Below, piece by piece: positions 12,650 through 25,494 of a stretch of 64,000 nucleotides of DNA; position 1 is the stretch's first letter; every line of letters begins with the position of its first letter. Source of the DNA: Octopus sinensis (Eukaryota); NCBI RefSeq assembly GCF_006345805.1, contig NC_042997.1, positions 165,478,001-165,542,000 of the forward strand, in the 5' to 3' direction. The position numbers were made by a program, and so were the translations under genes. Below the pieces are notes generated by a model. That model saw only the letters and a program-made list of their open reading frames with translations. It was not told the DNA's origin and ran no database searches.

Positions 12650-13990
12650 GTTGAGGATGAAAATACAAATTGAACCGATCAACTGATAACAACAATGGCA
12701 CTAGAAAATCATCAATGGATTCGGATAAGGTGGACAAGAAATGCTCATAAGTGTTCCACGAGTTCTTGAGGATCATGCTAGTGATTTAACAGAGGGCCAA
12801 AGTTGCTCAGAGGTATAGTAGAAGGGAGTGTGGATTTCAAAGGAGAAAGAGCCAAACACCATCGATCAGTTTAGAATAATCTCGCTAATCAATGCTGAGG
12901 GAAAGGTATTTTTCAGCATTGTTGCTTAGCACCTGACAGCCGACCTCGCGAGAAATACCTACGTTGACATCTCAGTTCAGAAAAGAGATATCCCTCAAGA
13001 TATGTAGAGCGTTAGGTGTCTCCACTCAGTTGATCAGTGAAGTCTGGTTTCTCGTTTGATAGCATACCGTTACCAATCATCACCGAGAAATCAGTGAAGA
13101 ACTTAAGATGTTCAATCACAACCTGAAACACAAAGCATCCCTCCGAGCACCAACCGACAATCAAATGTCTGGCTATCCACAATAAATAAGTCAGAGTTAC
13201 GTGACAAGTTTCAGACCTGATTTTATCATCATGGTATCCTCTTTCAGGTTCTTTGGCCATTTTTAGTATATGAAGTCCTAATATTCACAGTAGAGGTCTT
13301 TGAGAAGAGGTTCATGATGTTCCTACAGAAATTATTGGGGTTTCCTCAGGTACCTGAGGAGTACCTTTCTACATGGACAGAATAACAAGCCAAAGTATTC
13401 TATCAGCAGTCTGAAAGAAGAGTTTTTGTTAACCCATACATGGGAGGTGCTGCAATACTAAGACTCCAGCGACCTTATGATTCTCAGGCTGTTATGGAAG
13501 TCGGGACAGGGCGGAAGTCGAAAGCACCCGAGGCTATTGCGGCAGCAGAGCTGCGGCCAGTTTATAGATTGATAGTAGGCATTGTAACTCATGGAAAGGC
13601 TCGCCTAAGTAGCAACACAATATCTCTCGCTGACAAGGTAAAAGGAAAGGACAAGGGGACAATAATCTGAAATGAGGTGTGAATATCACCTGAGGAGGAT
13701 CGAGCCAACAAGTGTTGGGATACAACACCAGGGAGCCTGTTCAGCCTGAACTTTTGGACCTCCTACCGTGCCTATCTAACTTGTACTGCTAGAGGAAAGT
13801 AGAGTCACCAGCTTCTCCTCTGTATCTGAGGAAAAGGAGCTCATCCTCAGTTACTATTGAAAAGCCTTGGGCAAGGAACAAGACTGCTGGAGACATGACC
13901 GGGTCCTGAACGCAATAACATACATTATCGACAATGGGTTTAATCATTACAAGGAGCTCCGACCAACAAGAATAAGGGGCTTTTAAACGC
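12650..13990 (+). mobile_element. HERO/NeSL-like (RLE-class) non-LTR retrotransposon remnant with the RT core deleted
   Basis: GVWISKEKEPNTIDQFRIISLINAEGKVFFSIVA..YVDISVQK, then WLSTINKSELRDKF..HHGILFQVLWPFLVYEV, VGTGRKSKAPEA and ALG..WRHDRVLNAI. The YADD-type motif region is missing. Confidence 0.7.
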
Positions 13991-14201
13991 TGGCGTGAAG
14001 ATGACGCTAGCTGTCAGGTCATCCTCATCAGGTTTAAAATCTTCAATTTCAAGGCTACCCCATCCGTCCGTCTTGGTTTGAATTTTGTAGCAGCTGGTAG
14101 ATTCATGTTGCTTACTGCCAGTAAACTAACGGAGACAACACTTGAGTATCACCTGAGGAAACACAACTGATCTCATTATGCAAACAAACAGTTGCATAAT
14201 C

Positions 14202-14253
14202 AATTACCTGAATTTTTAGAGAACCACGTTGGGTGGAAACAATTGTAGTGATT
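14202..14253 (+). ncRNA. Degenerate hammerhead-like motif
   Basis: aattac CTGA(atttttagagaac) cac-gttgg-gtg GAAAC aatt GTA gtgatt. 6-bp helix I and palindromic ACAATTGT helix III, but the spacer after CTGA is non-canonical. Confidence 0.25.
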
Positions 14254-14530
14254 AAAAAATAACTGTCCAACCGTACTTCTTGTTGACCCCAATTTCTCCA
14301 ATTTTATATTCATACACGACGAATACCCAAACATAAACCTGGAAGTATATAATAATACTACCTGTTAGTATTGGGTAATTCTGATGGTGGACGGGTTTTA
14401 TACTGTACTCTGCCAGGCTCTAACGGAATATACCATAACTATATATATATATATACTTAAGATTCGGTTGAATTAGGTACTAAAGTTGAAGCACCAAGTC
14501 AGTCCGATATTATCCGCACAGCTCAAAGTA

Positions 14531-15087
14531 ATTGAACAATGCAATCATTACATCAATTTAAATGCAATAGTATCTTCAGTTGCACAAGTAAATAAATGGA
14601 ATTTTAACAAGTAGGACACATTAATATAATTTTTATTAAATATTTTAACAGAGTAAGAAGATGGAAGAAATTCATGTTGTCGCTATTGTAGCAAAGAATA
14701 GACAACTTCTAAGAATCGCATGGAGCATAGTGGGGTCATAGGGTTGTAAGGGATGTAATTAATTTCTAATTCATTTATTTCTTTATCAACAACTAAATCT
14801 GAGACTAGAAAACACACACACACACACACATATCTATATATATATATATATATACACATATACATATACGTATGCATATATATATACATATACATACACA
14901 TATATATATATATGAGTCTATTCTTAGCTACAATAACGACACATGAATTTCTTCCATCTTCTTGCTCTGTTAAAATATTTGAGAAAAATTATATTAATGT
15001 GTCCCAATTGTTAAAATTCTACTTATTTATTTGTGCAACTGAAGAGAGCATTGTATTTAAATTCATGTAATGATTGCATTGTTCAAT
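14531..15087. repeat. Diverged ~173-bp inverted repeat (14531-14703 / 14916-15087)
   Basis: The arms align as reverse complements with scattered substitutions (gaagatggaagaaattcatg / catgaatttcttccatcttc). Confidence 0.88.
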
Positions 15088-15120
15088 CAAATGGAGTCGC
15101 TTGAAACGGTCGTACTGCAT
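15033..15120 (+). ncRNA. Type-I hammerhead ribozyme-like motif with a near-intact core
   Basis: gtgcaa CTGAAGA gagc-[49 nt]-gctt GAAAC ggtc GTA ctgcat. The core is complete; helix II is gagc/gctt; helix I has 5 pairs after a first-position mismatch. Confidence 0.55.
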
Positions 15121-15151
15121 CACTACTTGATATCCTGTTGCTTATTTTGAT

Positions 15152-15216
<65 letters not shown>

Positions 15217-15308
15217 CATCATACACACACACACACACATACACATACACGCACACACACACACACACATATATATATATAATATATATATATATATAAT
15301 ATATATAT

Positions 15309-15341
<33 letters not shown>

Positions 15342-15372
15342 ATATATATATATATATGTATGTATATATATA

Positions 15373-15951
15373 TACAGCGGGCTTCTTTCAGTTTTCATCG
15401 ACCAAATTCACTCACAGGCCTTTGGTCAGCCTGCGGTTATGATAGAAAACATTTGCTCGGAACCAAGTGGTTGAAAAGCAAACTTTTTACCATACAGTCA
15501 CGCCTGCGCCAATGTCCGTATGTGTGAGTGAGTGTATGTGTGTGTGTGTGTGTGTGGTGTGTGTGTGTGTGCACGCGCACACACACACATACTGCCGTTG
15601 GTTAGGTGCACTGATTTTAAACGTCTTTTCAATTGTAAATAGGGTTGTAAGGGATGTAATTAATTTCTAATTCATTTATTTCTTTATCAACAACTAAATC
15701 TGAGACTAGAAAACACACACACACACACACATATCTATATATATATATATATACACATATACATATACGTATGCTTTTGAGAGTTATCACTTAGAATAGT
15801 TAAGTAATTGTTTAACGGTTTCATAAGTTTATCACTGTATTTGCTTAGAAACAGGACTCGATATTTCAACTCGGGTACAGCGAGCCAGAACAAATGCTGC
15901 AGCGTATTGCAAAGGATGCTGTTACGGCCTGGATAATTCGATTGTATATGT

Positions 15952-15996
<45 letters not shown>

Positions 15997-16239
15997 CATA
16001 CGCACGCGCACACACATTCACACACGCTGCGCATACACCCACATGCTATATATATATATATATATGTATGTATATATATATACAGCGGGCTTCTTTCAGT
16101 TTTCATCGACCAAATTCACTCACAGGCCTTTGGTCAGCCTGCGGTTATGATAGAAAACATTTGCTCGGAACCAAGTGGTTGAAAAGCAAACTTTTTACCA
16201 TACAGTCACGCCTGCGCCAATGTCCGTATGTGTGAGTGA

Positions 16240-16277
<38 letters not shown>

Positions 16278-16656
16278 ACGCGCACACACACACATACTGC
16301 CGTTGGTTAGGTGCACTGATTTTAAACGTCTTTTCAATTGTAAATAGGGTTGTAAGGGATGTAATTAATTTCTAATTCATTTATTTCTTTATCAACAACT
16401 AAATCTGAGACTAGAAAACACACACACACACACACACACATATCTATATATATATATACACATATACATATACGTATGCTTTTGAGAGTTATCACTTAGA
16501 ATAGTTAAGTAATTGTTTAACGGTTTCATAAGTTTATCACTGTATTTGCTTAGAAACAGGACTCGATATTTCAACTCGGGTACAGCGAGCCAGAACAAAT
16601 GCTGCAGCGTATTGCAAAGGATGCTGTTACGGCCTGGATAATTCGATTGTATATGT

Positions 16657-16699
<43 letters not shown>

Positions 16700-16770
16700 C
16701 ATACGCACGCGCACACACATTCACACACGCTGCGCATACACCCACATGCTATATATATATATATATGTAT
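15373..16770. repeat. Recent tandem duplication, ~705-bp unit x2
   Basis: Non-microsatellite sequence appears identical between units (tacagcgggcttc at 15373 and 16081); only microsatellite lengths differ. A third partial copy lies at 14739-14876. Confidence 0.95.
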
Positions 16771-16801
16771 GTATGTATATATATATATATATATAATATA
16801 A

Positions 16802-16864
<63 letters not shown>

Positions 16865-17350
16865 CATGTATGTATGTATGTATGTATACATACGGAGTTA
16901 TGTATACAAATTACAAATATATGCGTACATATATAAAGCCGCACACGCGCACATGTCTGAGTGTTTATGTTCCCATATTATGTATGTACATGTTTGTGTA
17001 TACACATATATATTTATATATGTATGTATATGTATATATATTTATTAGTTGATACTCTATACATACATACATACGTGTTGAGTGATAGAGTTCATATACG
17101 TACATATATGCATACATATATATATATATATATATACAAATATTTACGTATAAATATGCATACATATTCTACGTGTATATAAATATTTGTTCGTGTGTAC
17201 TTACGTTTATGTATGTATATATTGTGTGCATACATATATGCAAGCATACATACATGCATATATACATAATACATACATATATATATATATGCATGCATAC
17301 ACACATGCATACATTCACACATGAAGGCATCATGTTTATAGATATATAGA
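16770..17350. repeat. Low-complexity TA/TATG/CA tract
   Basis: Visible directly; source of many spurious Y/I/M/C ORFs. Confidence 0.9.
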
Positions 17351-18034
17351 TTTATTAGATTTAAAAACACTCTCTGGCACACATATGCACACCCGGAAGC
17401 ATAAAACCATATGTGTATCGTTATTTAAATTGGGATAAACAAAAAGGAATGAAAACTTTTAGCAGACTGTATGCATATTACATGTAGCCCTTAATGTTTA
17501 CATCGATTTCATTATTACACAACAATATTTCCTCCCTTCTCTTACTTTTTACTATAAAGGCCATTTAAAGTAAACACGAGAAATTCGATTCATGACTTAT
17601 AAGTGACGTCACTATCTATCACCAAGACAATTTGTGGTTTTCAGTTTTAGCTATTGATATAGGTCAATCGACTACACCTCCCCCATAATTTGCAGTCTTG
17701 TATTTATGATTGAAATCAATATAAACCAACGTTTCTCCACAAAGGTACAGCAGTGTATGCTTGTATAATTTCCTCGGTATAATTTTTTCGGTTTGGCTTA
17801 GCCTCGGTTAAACAAGCCGTCGCAATTCCTTCACATGGTCTATTCAATTTTAGTTCCTCGTTGCCTTGTTCACTCCCTCACTCTATACTTCACGCGTTCT
17901 TTCCCGCGCTATACACCCCTCACTCTCTCTTTTTCTCTCTGTCTTTCACCACTGAACACGCTCACCTTCGTACACACAGATCTACCTTGGAGTGAGGAGT
18001 ATGAAGTAAGCAGCAGTCCCGCATTGATGTTTAT

Positions 18035-18108
18035 ATGATGGCGGACCGAAATACGGATCATCTGCACAGTACAAATGTTGCAGATAGGGACAATGCATTT
18101 AGACAGCA
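18035..18108 (+). CDS. Candidate first coding exon (MMADRNTDHLHSTNVADRDNAFRQ), phase-2 donor
   Basis: ATGATGGCGGAC start in CpG-retaining unique sequence, ending at CA|GTGAGT. No homology recognised. Confidence 0.3.
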
Positions 18109-19006
18109 GTGAGTAAAATTCCTTTCACCTCATCCTCTATATTCTGCAATTCCGAATGCATCAACTGGTTGCTTGTTTTAAGGATGCATCCATGTCTGAC
18201 TTAACCAAGTGCTCGCTCCTTGTCTATTACGTACATACCTATATACGAATACCATTTCATACACACGTAACCCCGGGGACGTTACTTCTTCTTTTTTCTT
18301 GCTCCCACTGCTACTAATATTCTCCACCTCGTTATAATTTAGCTGTAACTACCCAGGAATTGTTTTCGTTATTAGTATTCCTGCTCTTTTATGCATATTT
18401 ATTTATGAATTTATTTTTCTCTAAAGTTTGGGTATCTTTCTTATTTTTATTTTTAGAACGCTAATTAATTTTACATTACGATATTCGCTGGATATATTAG
18501 TTCATTCCAAAAATACATTTTATTTCTGAGACAGTCTGGGAAAATACATATTAATGGTTGCATGCAGTTGTCCTGTGAGCCCTTTTTAAAAAGAAACTTG
18601 ACTTAAACAGGCATTTACTTTCCACGCCCCGCCAGTCTGTGCTGGACTTCACAAAATCACTTATGATGCAAACGGATTCTCTTTTCCCCTTGCTTAGCCT
18701 ACAAATATGTTTGTTGAACATTTCACTTCTTTTGTTTTGCTGGTAACATACAAACAATTTCAGTCTAGATTAGTACCCTATATTCAGTTTTTCATCTCCC
18801 TTAACCAATCAACAAACTAACAAACAAACAAAACTTGCTAGACACGTATGCTAATAAAAGTCGAGACAACTTTTAAAATCTTTATAGCTTTAACTTTTAC
18901 TCCCATGATTGATTTGTTTTGTTTGTTACTTTTTTTTTTAGAGTTACTTGTCTTGCTTACGATCATTTTTTTCCTTATTATGATCTTATATTTTCTGAAA
19001 CAGAAC

Positions 19007-19045
<39 letters not shown>

Positions 19046-20399
19046 TAATGTGTTTGTATGTGTGTTTTGTAATAATGTGCGTGTGTTTTATAAATGATAT
19101 ACATCTATTTGTTGCGGATTTTTCATTATAACGTCATAATTATTATTTATTTGCGTCTCTTGGCTCGCAAATTTTGATTTTGGAATCATGTCGCAGTCAA
19201 GCTGACTTAGTGCTATCCCTGTTTATGCACCATTCCACTTTATTGTCTATCTCGCTTGAACCGTTCAACTGCAACAGCTTAATTAGCTTTCAATATATTT
19301 CTGTTGCAACTATCACGAAAATTTTCCTAACATCTGTCATGAAGTTTTTTTTAGTCACCCTGTTTACAAACAGATTCAAACCCTAAATCGCTCGGTATTT
19401 CCGATCGATTTATTATTATTTATTTACATTCCTCTTATAGGTTTCCGTTTTATTTTTTTTTTTTTTACCCCCACCCCATTTTTTTGTACACCTGACTGAC
19501 GTGTCACTATATTCCAACATACCCTTCAAAAATACACATACACATATGTGCAAGAGGTAGTCTTAGATTTTATATATGTTTATCAGCGATAAAAATAATA
19601 TTAGGAATAGCAATAAACTGTAGAATTAAACGCCATAATATTTTATACACTTTTTCTTCCGATAGTGCTTTCATTAACACACCACGTGATTATTGCATTG
19701 CCAGATTTATTCTTTTCGTATATAGGTTTTTGTTTATTTAGTAAATAAATTAAAGCAACATTGTCTCCTGTACTGCTTATATGCAGTGTATTTTCATTCA
19801 CGTCACTGACATTGCATTATTCATTAACTGCTTAAATATTTCAATAAATTTATTCAAATGTTTATAATTAGAATGAATTATGTAGATAGTTATCGACGCC
19901 GTTTATTTGCATATATCCGCTTGTCCATTTTCGAGATATTTCTGTATTCAAAATTATTTTTAATACGAAAATGTCAAGTGTAATTATTAGCTAGAACTTA
20001 TATTTATTGACATAGCTTTTCTAACTTCTCCCCCTTAAAAAACCAATGTTATTTGGTATAGTTTTTAAAAAGCAACAACGAAAAACTTCCATGCTTAGTT
20101 GTAAAACTTTAATAATTTCATCAAAAGAATGCTGTATGTTATTGACTCATTTCCTTTACTTTTCTATATTGATTAGTTTGAGGTGATCTTGTGTATAAAA
20201 TAATATGGCATTTAATTCTCATCTCTGACAATCATTTCTGTGCATTCTAAAACACCCCTTCATAATCAGTCCTGTTAATTTTTGTTTTGTTTATTGTTAT
20301 TTTTTAATATTTCAGTCAGATATGCAGAAACCATTATAATATTTATTGCAATCGACAAGGCATCTATCTCATCAGCATGCCTTTGTGTTTACAAAAATA

Positions 20400-20640
20400 A
20401 CCACGAGGGAGCTTGCGCCTATGTGGTCGCTCGACCTGCTAAAAATTGCAACTTAATCTTTCTCAAACCACCCTGCTTAATAATAATAATAATTGTAATC
20501 TTAAAAGGGAAGGGCACAATGGATAATGAAGTGTGAGAAATGCTGTGTTTAAAAATAAGACAGCATAGTAACGACCGAAACGCTTTTGAACCACAGGTTA
20601 TTTTGATCAGCTGACCTGGGGCTAAACCACAACAAATCAA
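20400..20640 (-). mobile_element. Unclassified SINE-like interspersed repeat (tttagccccaggtcagc..ctagcaggtcgagcgacc family)
   Basis: Related copies at ~21700-21900 (+), ~48540-48700 (+) and ~50030-50220 (-). Confidence 0.55.
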
Positions 20641-22199
20641 GCTGAATGTTTTAACTGTTTTCCCAGTTTTTATAGTATCATTGTTCTCTTCTGTTTTCTG
20701 CGATGAAAATAGGCAGAAAGATATGAAGTTTGCACGTTTCCTCCATTCAGTAATTCTTCGGCCACTCTGCTAATGTAAACATCATGCTTCAGGAAAGGAT
20801 GTGAATGTGACATGTTTGCCTTTCTCATGTTAGTCTACCGAAATGATTACAAATCTTAAACTGGAACCAGGTATATGACTTTCATCATTAGTTTACAATT
20901 AATTCTTCAATGTATTATCAATGATCCATGCACTCTCCCGATTGAACTATTTCTATAATAGTTCCATTGGCTTTTGGCCTAGACTACGTGTTTTGTGTCA
21001 GTGCATTTGAGAGCGTTGACACCATGTAATACTCATTGGTTTACATTTAGGGTCTCTGATAAGAATTTATCAGGTGGTACTTTCTTTCCAGTCTTCTTCC
21101 CTTTTCTGAATGCTAGTCTTTAATATATGGAAACATTTTCTTAGATCTCAGTAAATTTCTGTGTCTGAGTACGATCCACTCCTCTTAGTGCACATACACT
21201 CACACATTTATAAATTATATCATATGTATATGATATAACGTGTGTGTGTGTGCTAACAGACAGAAATTTATTTTCGATCTCAGTGTTTTGTTTACAAATA
21301 AAAGGGAAGGACGTAGATTTTAAGAAAGTGCCCCTAAGTTTTTCTTTACCTTTTCAATCTTTGATTTTGGGTAGCATAACTGCAAAGCCTTGATTACTTA
21401 TTAAATTACTTCTTGAAGAGTTCTGGTATCATACTGCAGGTATAGTTGCTAGGAATAAAATAAAGAAATCAGGTTGCGAGAGATTGCTTCTTTTTTTTTA
21501 ACAAATGCGTTTAATTTCTCATATACTATTAAATAGGAACAGCTGGGTGTGGTTAACACAATTAATATTCAGTTTGAAATTGTAATGGTCAGTTATGTTA
21601 TAGGAAAACATGTAGTGGTGGTAGGTTGCAGAGGGGTGATGAATTTTAAACAAGTGGTGGCATTCAGTTAGCAAGTTTAATTATACCGAGTTCATTATGC
21701 TAGTAGCTGTTGTTTAGGTATGGGTCTAATCAAACAAATCATTAACATCATTTCAGCCATAACCGTCTCAGCTTATTGGGGGATATCTAAGACTACATTA
21801 TCTAATGTGTATCTCCCTTTTTAATATAATGAGTGTGATTTGAAAAGAATTTGGCTGCGATTTCTAGTAAGCAGGAAGATTACACAGAGGCTCCTTTGTT
21901 GTAAGTACTGCTTAAAAAAAGCAAGTGGAGAAAACTTTACCGGGCATTGTTTTTATTATTTTGTTTATTTATTTGTTTAATGTAATCTAGAATATAAGAG
22001 TACTAAAATATGAGTTAACAAGAAGTGCACCATCCCAGATTTGTGAACCAAATAGTTGGGACTGTTGAAGATGAGTAACATTCAAGCTTCATAACATGAT
22101 TTGATTCAACTAAGTCAAAGTCTTTCTGTTGGGATAGTGCAGCACACACAAACATCTGCATTATTGAAAAAGAACAACAAAAAACACCCAATTGATTGA

Positions 22200-22450
22200 C
22201 ATGAAGTTGCACTATCCTCTCCCTCAGATGTACTCTCTCTTCATGCTTTTCTACAGCTACTACAGTGGCCCACCCAATTCACTCATTTTCCCTCTTTTCA
22301 TCACTCGTATTATGTCTAACCTTTATAGGTTTCCCATTAATTACTATACACAATCTTTCTTCCACAGAACATCATCCTACTGGAAATCCCCTCCCAGTTT
22401 GTGTTTTTATCTCTAGTTATCAACTTGCAGTTATTCTTGAGCATCTACTA
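22200..22450 (+). mobile_element. CR1/L2-group LINE 3' end remnant
   Basis: PINYYTQSFFHRTSSYWKSPP resembles the C-terminal ..SFFPRT..LWNSLP motif. Confidence 0.4.
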
Positions 22451-22809
22451 CATCAGTGTTGCCAATCTCAAAGGGACTGTAAAGGTCACAGGTACAGTTC
22501 CTTCCTCCAAACCAAAAGAAAAGAAAATCAGCATCAAGGCTGTACACGGAACATGGTTTTCCAAATATGAGAACTTGAGAATCACGTAATGTATGAGGGT
22601 AGATATGCACAGTACTTCTTATATAGTTAAGTTGACAATGTTTTAACTACCTGGCATGCCTTATACAGAAATGTGTATTTGTACTAAAAAGAATGAACTT
22701 CAAGGATTAACATAAGGTCCCAGGGTGGTAGCACTAAGCAGTGATATGTATAAATACAAGGCTATTACCAGCTCAGATATACTTGGTGCATATTCGAGTC
22801 CGTAAAAAA

Positions 22810-22978
22810 GCAATTCATTGTGTTTTGTTATGGAGAAAATTTCTGACTGTAGACAAATGACGTAAATGCACCTTTCAAAGTTTACCAGTCTGGGTGGCAC
22901 TGTGAGCTGATTTTAGGTGTATTTACGCCATTTTTCTATAGTGAGAAATTTTCTCCATGACAAAACACAGTGAATAGC
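22810..22978. mobile_element. Small MITE-like hairpin (~70-bp imperfect inverted arms, ~30-bp spacer)
   Basis: gcaattcattgtgttttgttatggagaaaatttc.. pairs with ..gaaattttctccatgacaaaacacagtgaatagc. Confidence 0.7.
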
Positions 22979-23675
22979 TTTCTTACAGTTACAAATATAC
23001 CCTGAGCATATTTGAACTTGAAATAACCTTGTATATAAACATAAAGTCATCTCTCTTGTTCACTTCCTTTCCTATCCACTGCACCATCACACTATTCTCT
23101 TCTAATACTCTTACTTCAACATTCTTCCATTACTCCCGCTTCTACCATCCTCTCAAGACAATCACTGTTTCTCTCATCGTAGTTTCACTTTGTAAAGTGG
23201 TTAGAAAAGGAACAGAGACAATGTAGCATCAAGAGGGCCCTCAAGTTTGTCTGTAAACATAGCAATGTTTCTTGTATTGGTGTTGCATTCAAATGCACTC
23301 AGTATGCTCTGTAAAGTGGTTTATATTAGGAAGATCATCCAGCCTTTGAAACCATGACAAAAATAGAATGGTTGAGTGAGATATGGTCCTCTGACTTGTC
23401 TTGGAAACTCAGAATAAAAACTGACATTGAATATGACAACTTGTTGAACCCATGAAAAGTAAATGTAAAGATGATTATGATGTATGTGTGTGTGCATGCA
23501 TGTGTATATATACCGTATGCATAAAATTCTGCTGTCTTTCGTGAATTTCCAACTGTCTTAAATGTTGGATTTTTCCATCCCCACGGCAAGTTCACTGCAC
23601 TCTTTTTGTCAGTTTTACTAAATAATATAAGTTTTGTTGATGCAGACAAAAACCAGTCTCTTTGGAGTCTGTTGG

Positions 23676-23719
<44 letters not shown>

Positions 23720-24330
23720 CATTGTGTCAAGTTCATCAACATCAAAATAAAAATCGTATGGATATTGTAGTTGTGATACCCGTGCCGGTGGCACGTAGGG
23801 CCTCACAGAGAAAATGATGAACACCAAGACCTCTGAGATATGCTGTGACTGTGAAGATCTAACAAATGAAGTGAGTTTGGGGCTCACAGGACGGCCTGTT
23901 GTGCTAACCTTGGATTGTAGAGTGACCCGCTGTGCTTGAGGAGACCTATTGAGTCAAGTACGTCAACACCAACATCAAAATAAAAATCAAATGGAAATTG
24001 TAGTTAAGATACCCGTTCCGGTGACATGTAAAAAGCACTGTCTGAATGTGGCAGATGCCAGCGCCGCCTGACTGGCGTCCGTGTTGGTGTCACGTAAAAG
24101 CACCAACCGATCGTGGCCGTTTGCCAGCCTCCTCTGGCCCCTGTGCTAGTGGCCCGTCAAAAGCACCCACTACACTCATGGAGTGGTTGGCATTAGGAAG
24201 GGCATCCAGCTGTAGAAACACTGGCAGATCAGACTGGAGCCTGGTGAAGCCCCCTGGCTTCCCAGACCCCGGTCGAACCATCCAACCCATGCTAGCATGG
24301 AAAACGGATGTTAAACGATGATGATGATGA
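23720..24330 (+). mobile_element. RTE LINE 3' fragment (end of ORF2 plus 3' UTR with (GAT)n tail)
   Basis: ccaagacctctgagatatgctgtg matches the ORF2 end at ~39810. Shares the tail ggcatccagctgtagaaac..gttaaacgatgatgat. Confidence 0.85.
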
Positions 24331-24741
24331 TATATATATATATATATATACACACAGACACACACATATGCAAGTATACATGGCATGAGAGAGGTATTTG
24401 TGAGCATGGCAGGACTCTACCCCACTTATAAAAAGTATGATCAGCTGCTGTTTCTCCTATAAGCCCCAGTTAACTGACAATACTTGATAGTAAGGGAGCT
24501 TTTATATGATTGCCTGTGTGATCCTGACTAGTGTAGTTTGAGACATTTGTTCATCAGTCATAAGTAAATGCAGCCCATCTAGGAGACCAGTATCCCAGAA
24601 TGAAACTTTATATGAGGGATGTGTGTGAACTCCAGAAGTAACTCCAAATAAATAGTCTACAAACTAGTGCAATGACGACCAGGCCTTGTGTGAGAACCTC
24701 TTGACCATCATGAATCAATTGCATAAATTCTCATCCTTTAA

Positions 24742-25122
24742 CCCTTTCGTTACCAACCCGGCTGAAACCACCTCTGGCTCTGAGTACAAATGTCTTGTTT
24801 TCATAAGTTTTAAATTAAAATCTTCCGCCAAACCTTAGTCACAATCTATGTTCCTAACACTAGCTTAATGATAACCAAGTTATTTTACTAAATTCTTTGT
24901 TATCCCCCCCTCTCTCTTTCGGAGAGGCACAAGCACCTACATGCACATATACACACACGGCAGTAACTTCCGCCTGCCGAATTCAATCACAAAGCTTCAG
25001 TCGGCTCGGGGCTATAGTGGAAGACACCTACCCAAAGTGCCACGCAGTGGGACTGAACCCGAAACCATGTAGCTATATTTAAAGTAAGTGAGCATCTCAA
25101 AATAAATACAGTTATGAAAGGG
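24742..25122. mobile_element. piggyBac-type MITE with a SINE fragment nested at ~24910-25075
   Basis: TTAA|CCCTTTCGTTAC ... GTTATGAAAGGG|TTAA: TTAA target duplication and CCC/GGG termini. Confidence 0.78.
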
Positions 25123-25494
25123 TTAAGGAGCAGGAAACAGACATCAAACACTTGTCTACCCCCTCCCTTCTGAAGTATCCATTTTCCTCTCAGGTGTCAC
25201 TATCAATGTTAGTATGGTGAAAAAAGTCTGGGAGAAACTGAAAAGATTTTAAAATGGATGTGAGATATCTACTGTATACAAGCGGTAAAATAAGAACAAT
25301 TTCTTCCTAGAAGGTAACAGTTATTTTGGTGGCTAGAATAGGCATATGTTTACTGGAAAATAGTGTTATATATTCTGAGAGGTAAGAATATGTGAGAGAA
25401 TAATAAAGCTTAGATTAGTTGTACACAACATGACAGCAGGTGACTTTAATGAGTGGATATACTGAGCAACATAATAGTAGTTTTAAATTTTGGT

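Noticed and set aside
20370-20400. Minus-strand aaggcat-gCTGATGAgatag-atgcctt stem
   Set aside because: It has CTGATGA but no GAAA strand or D box, and lies next to an interspersed repeat.
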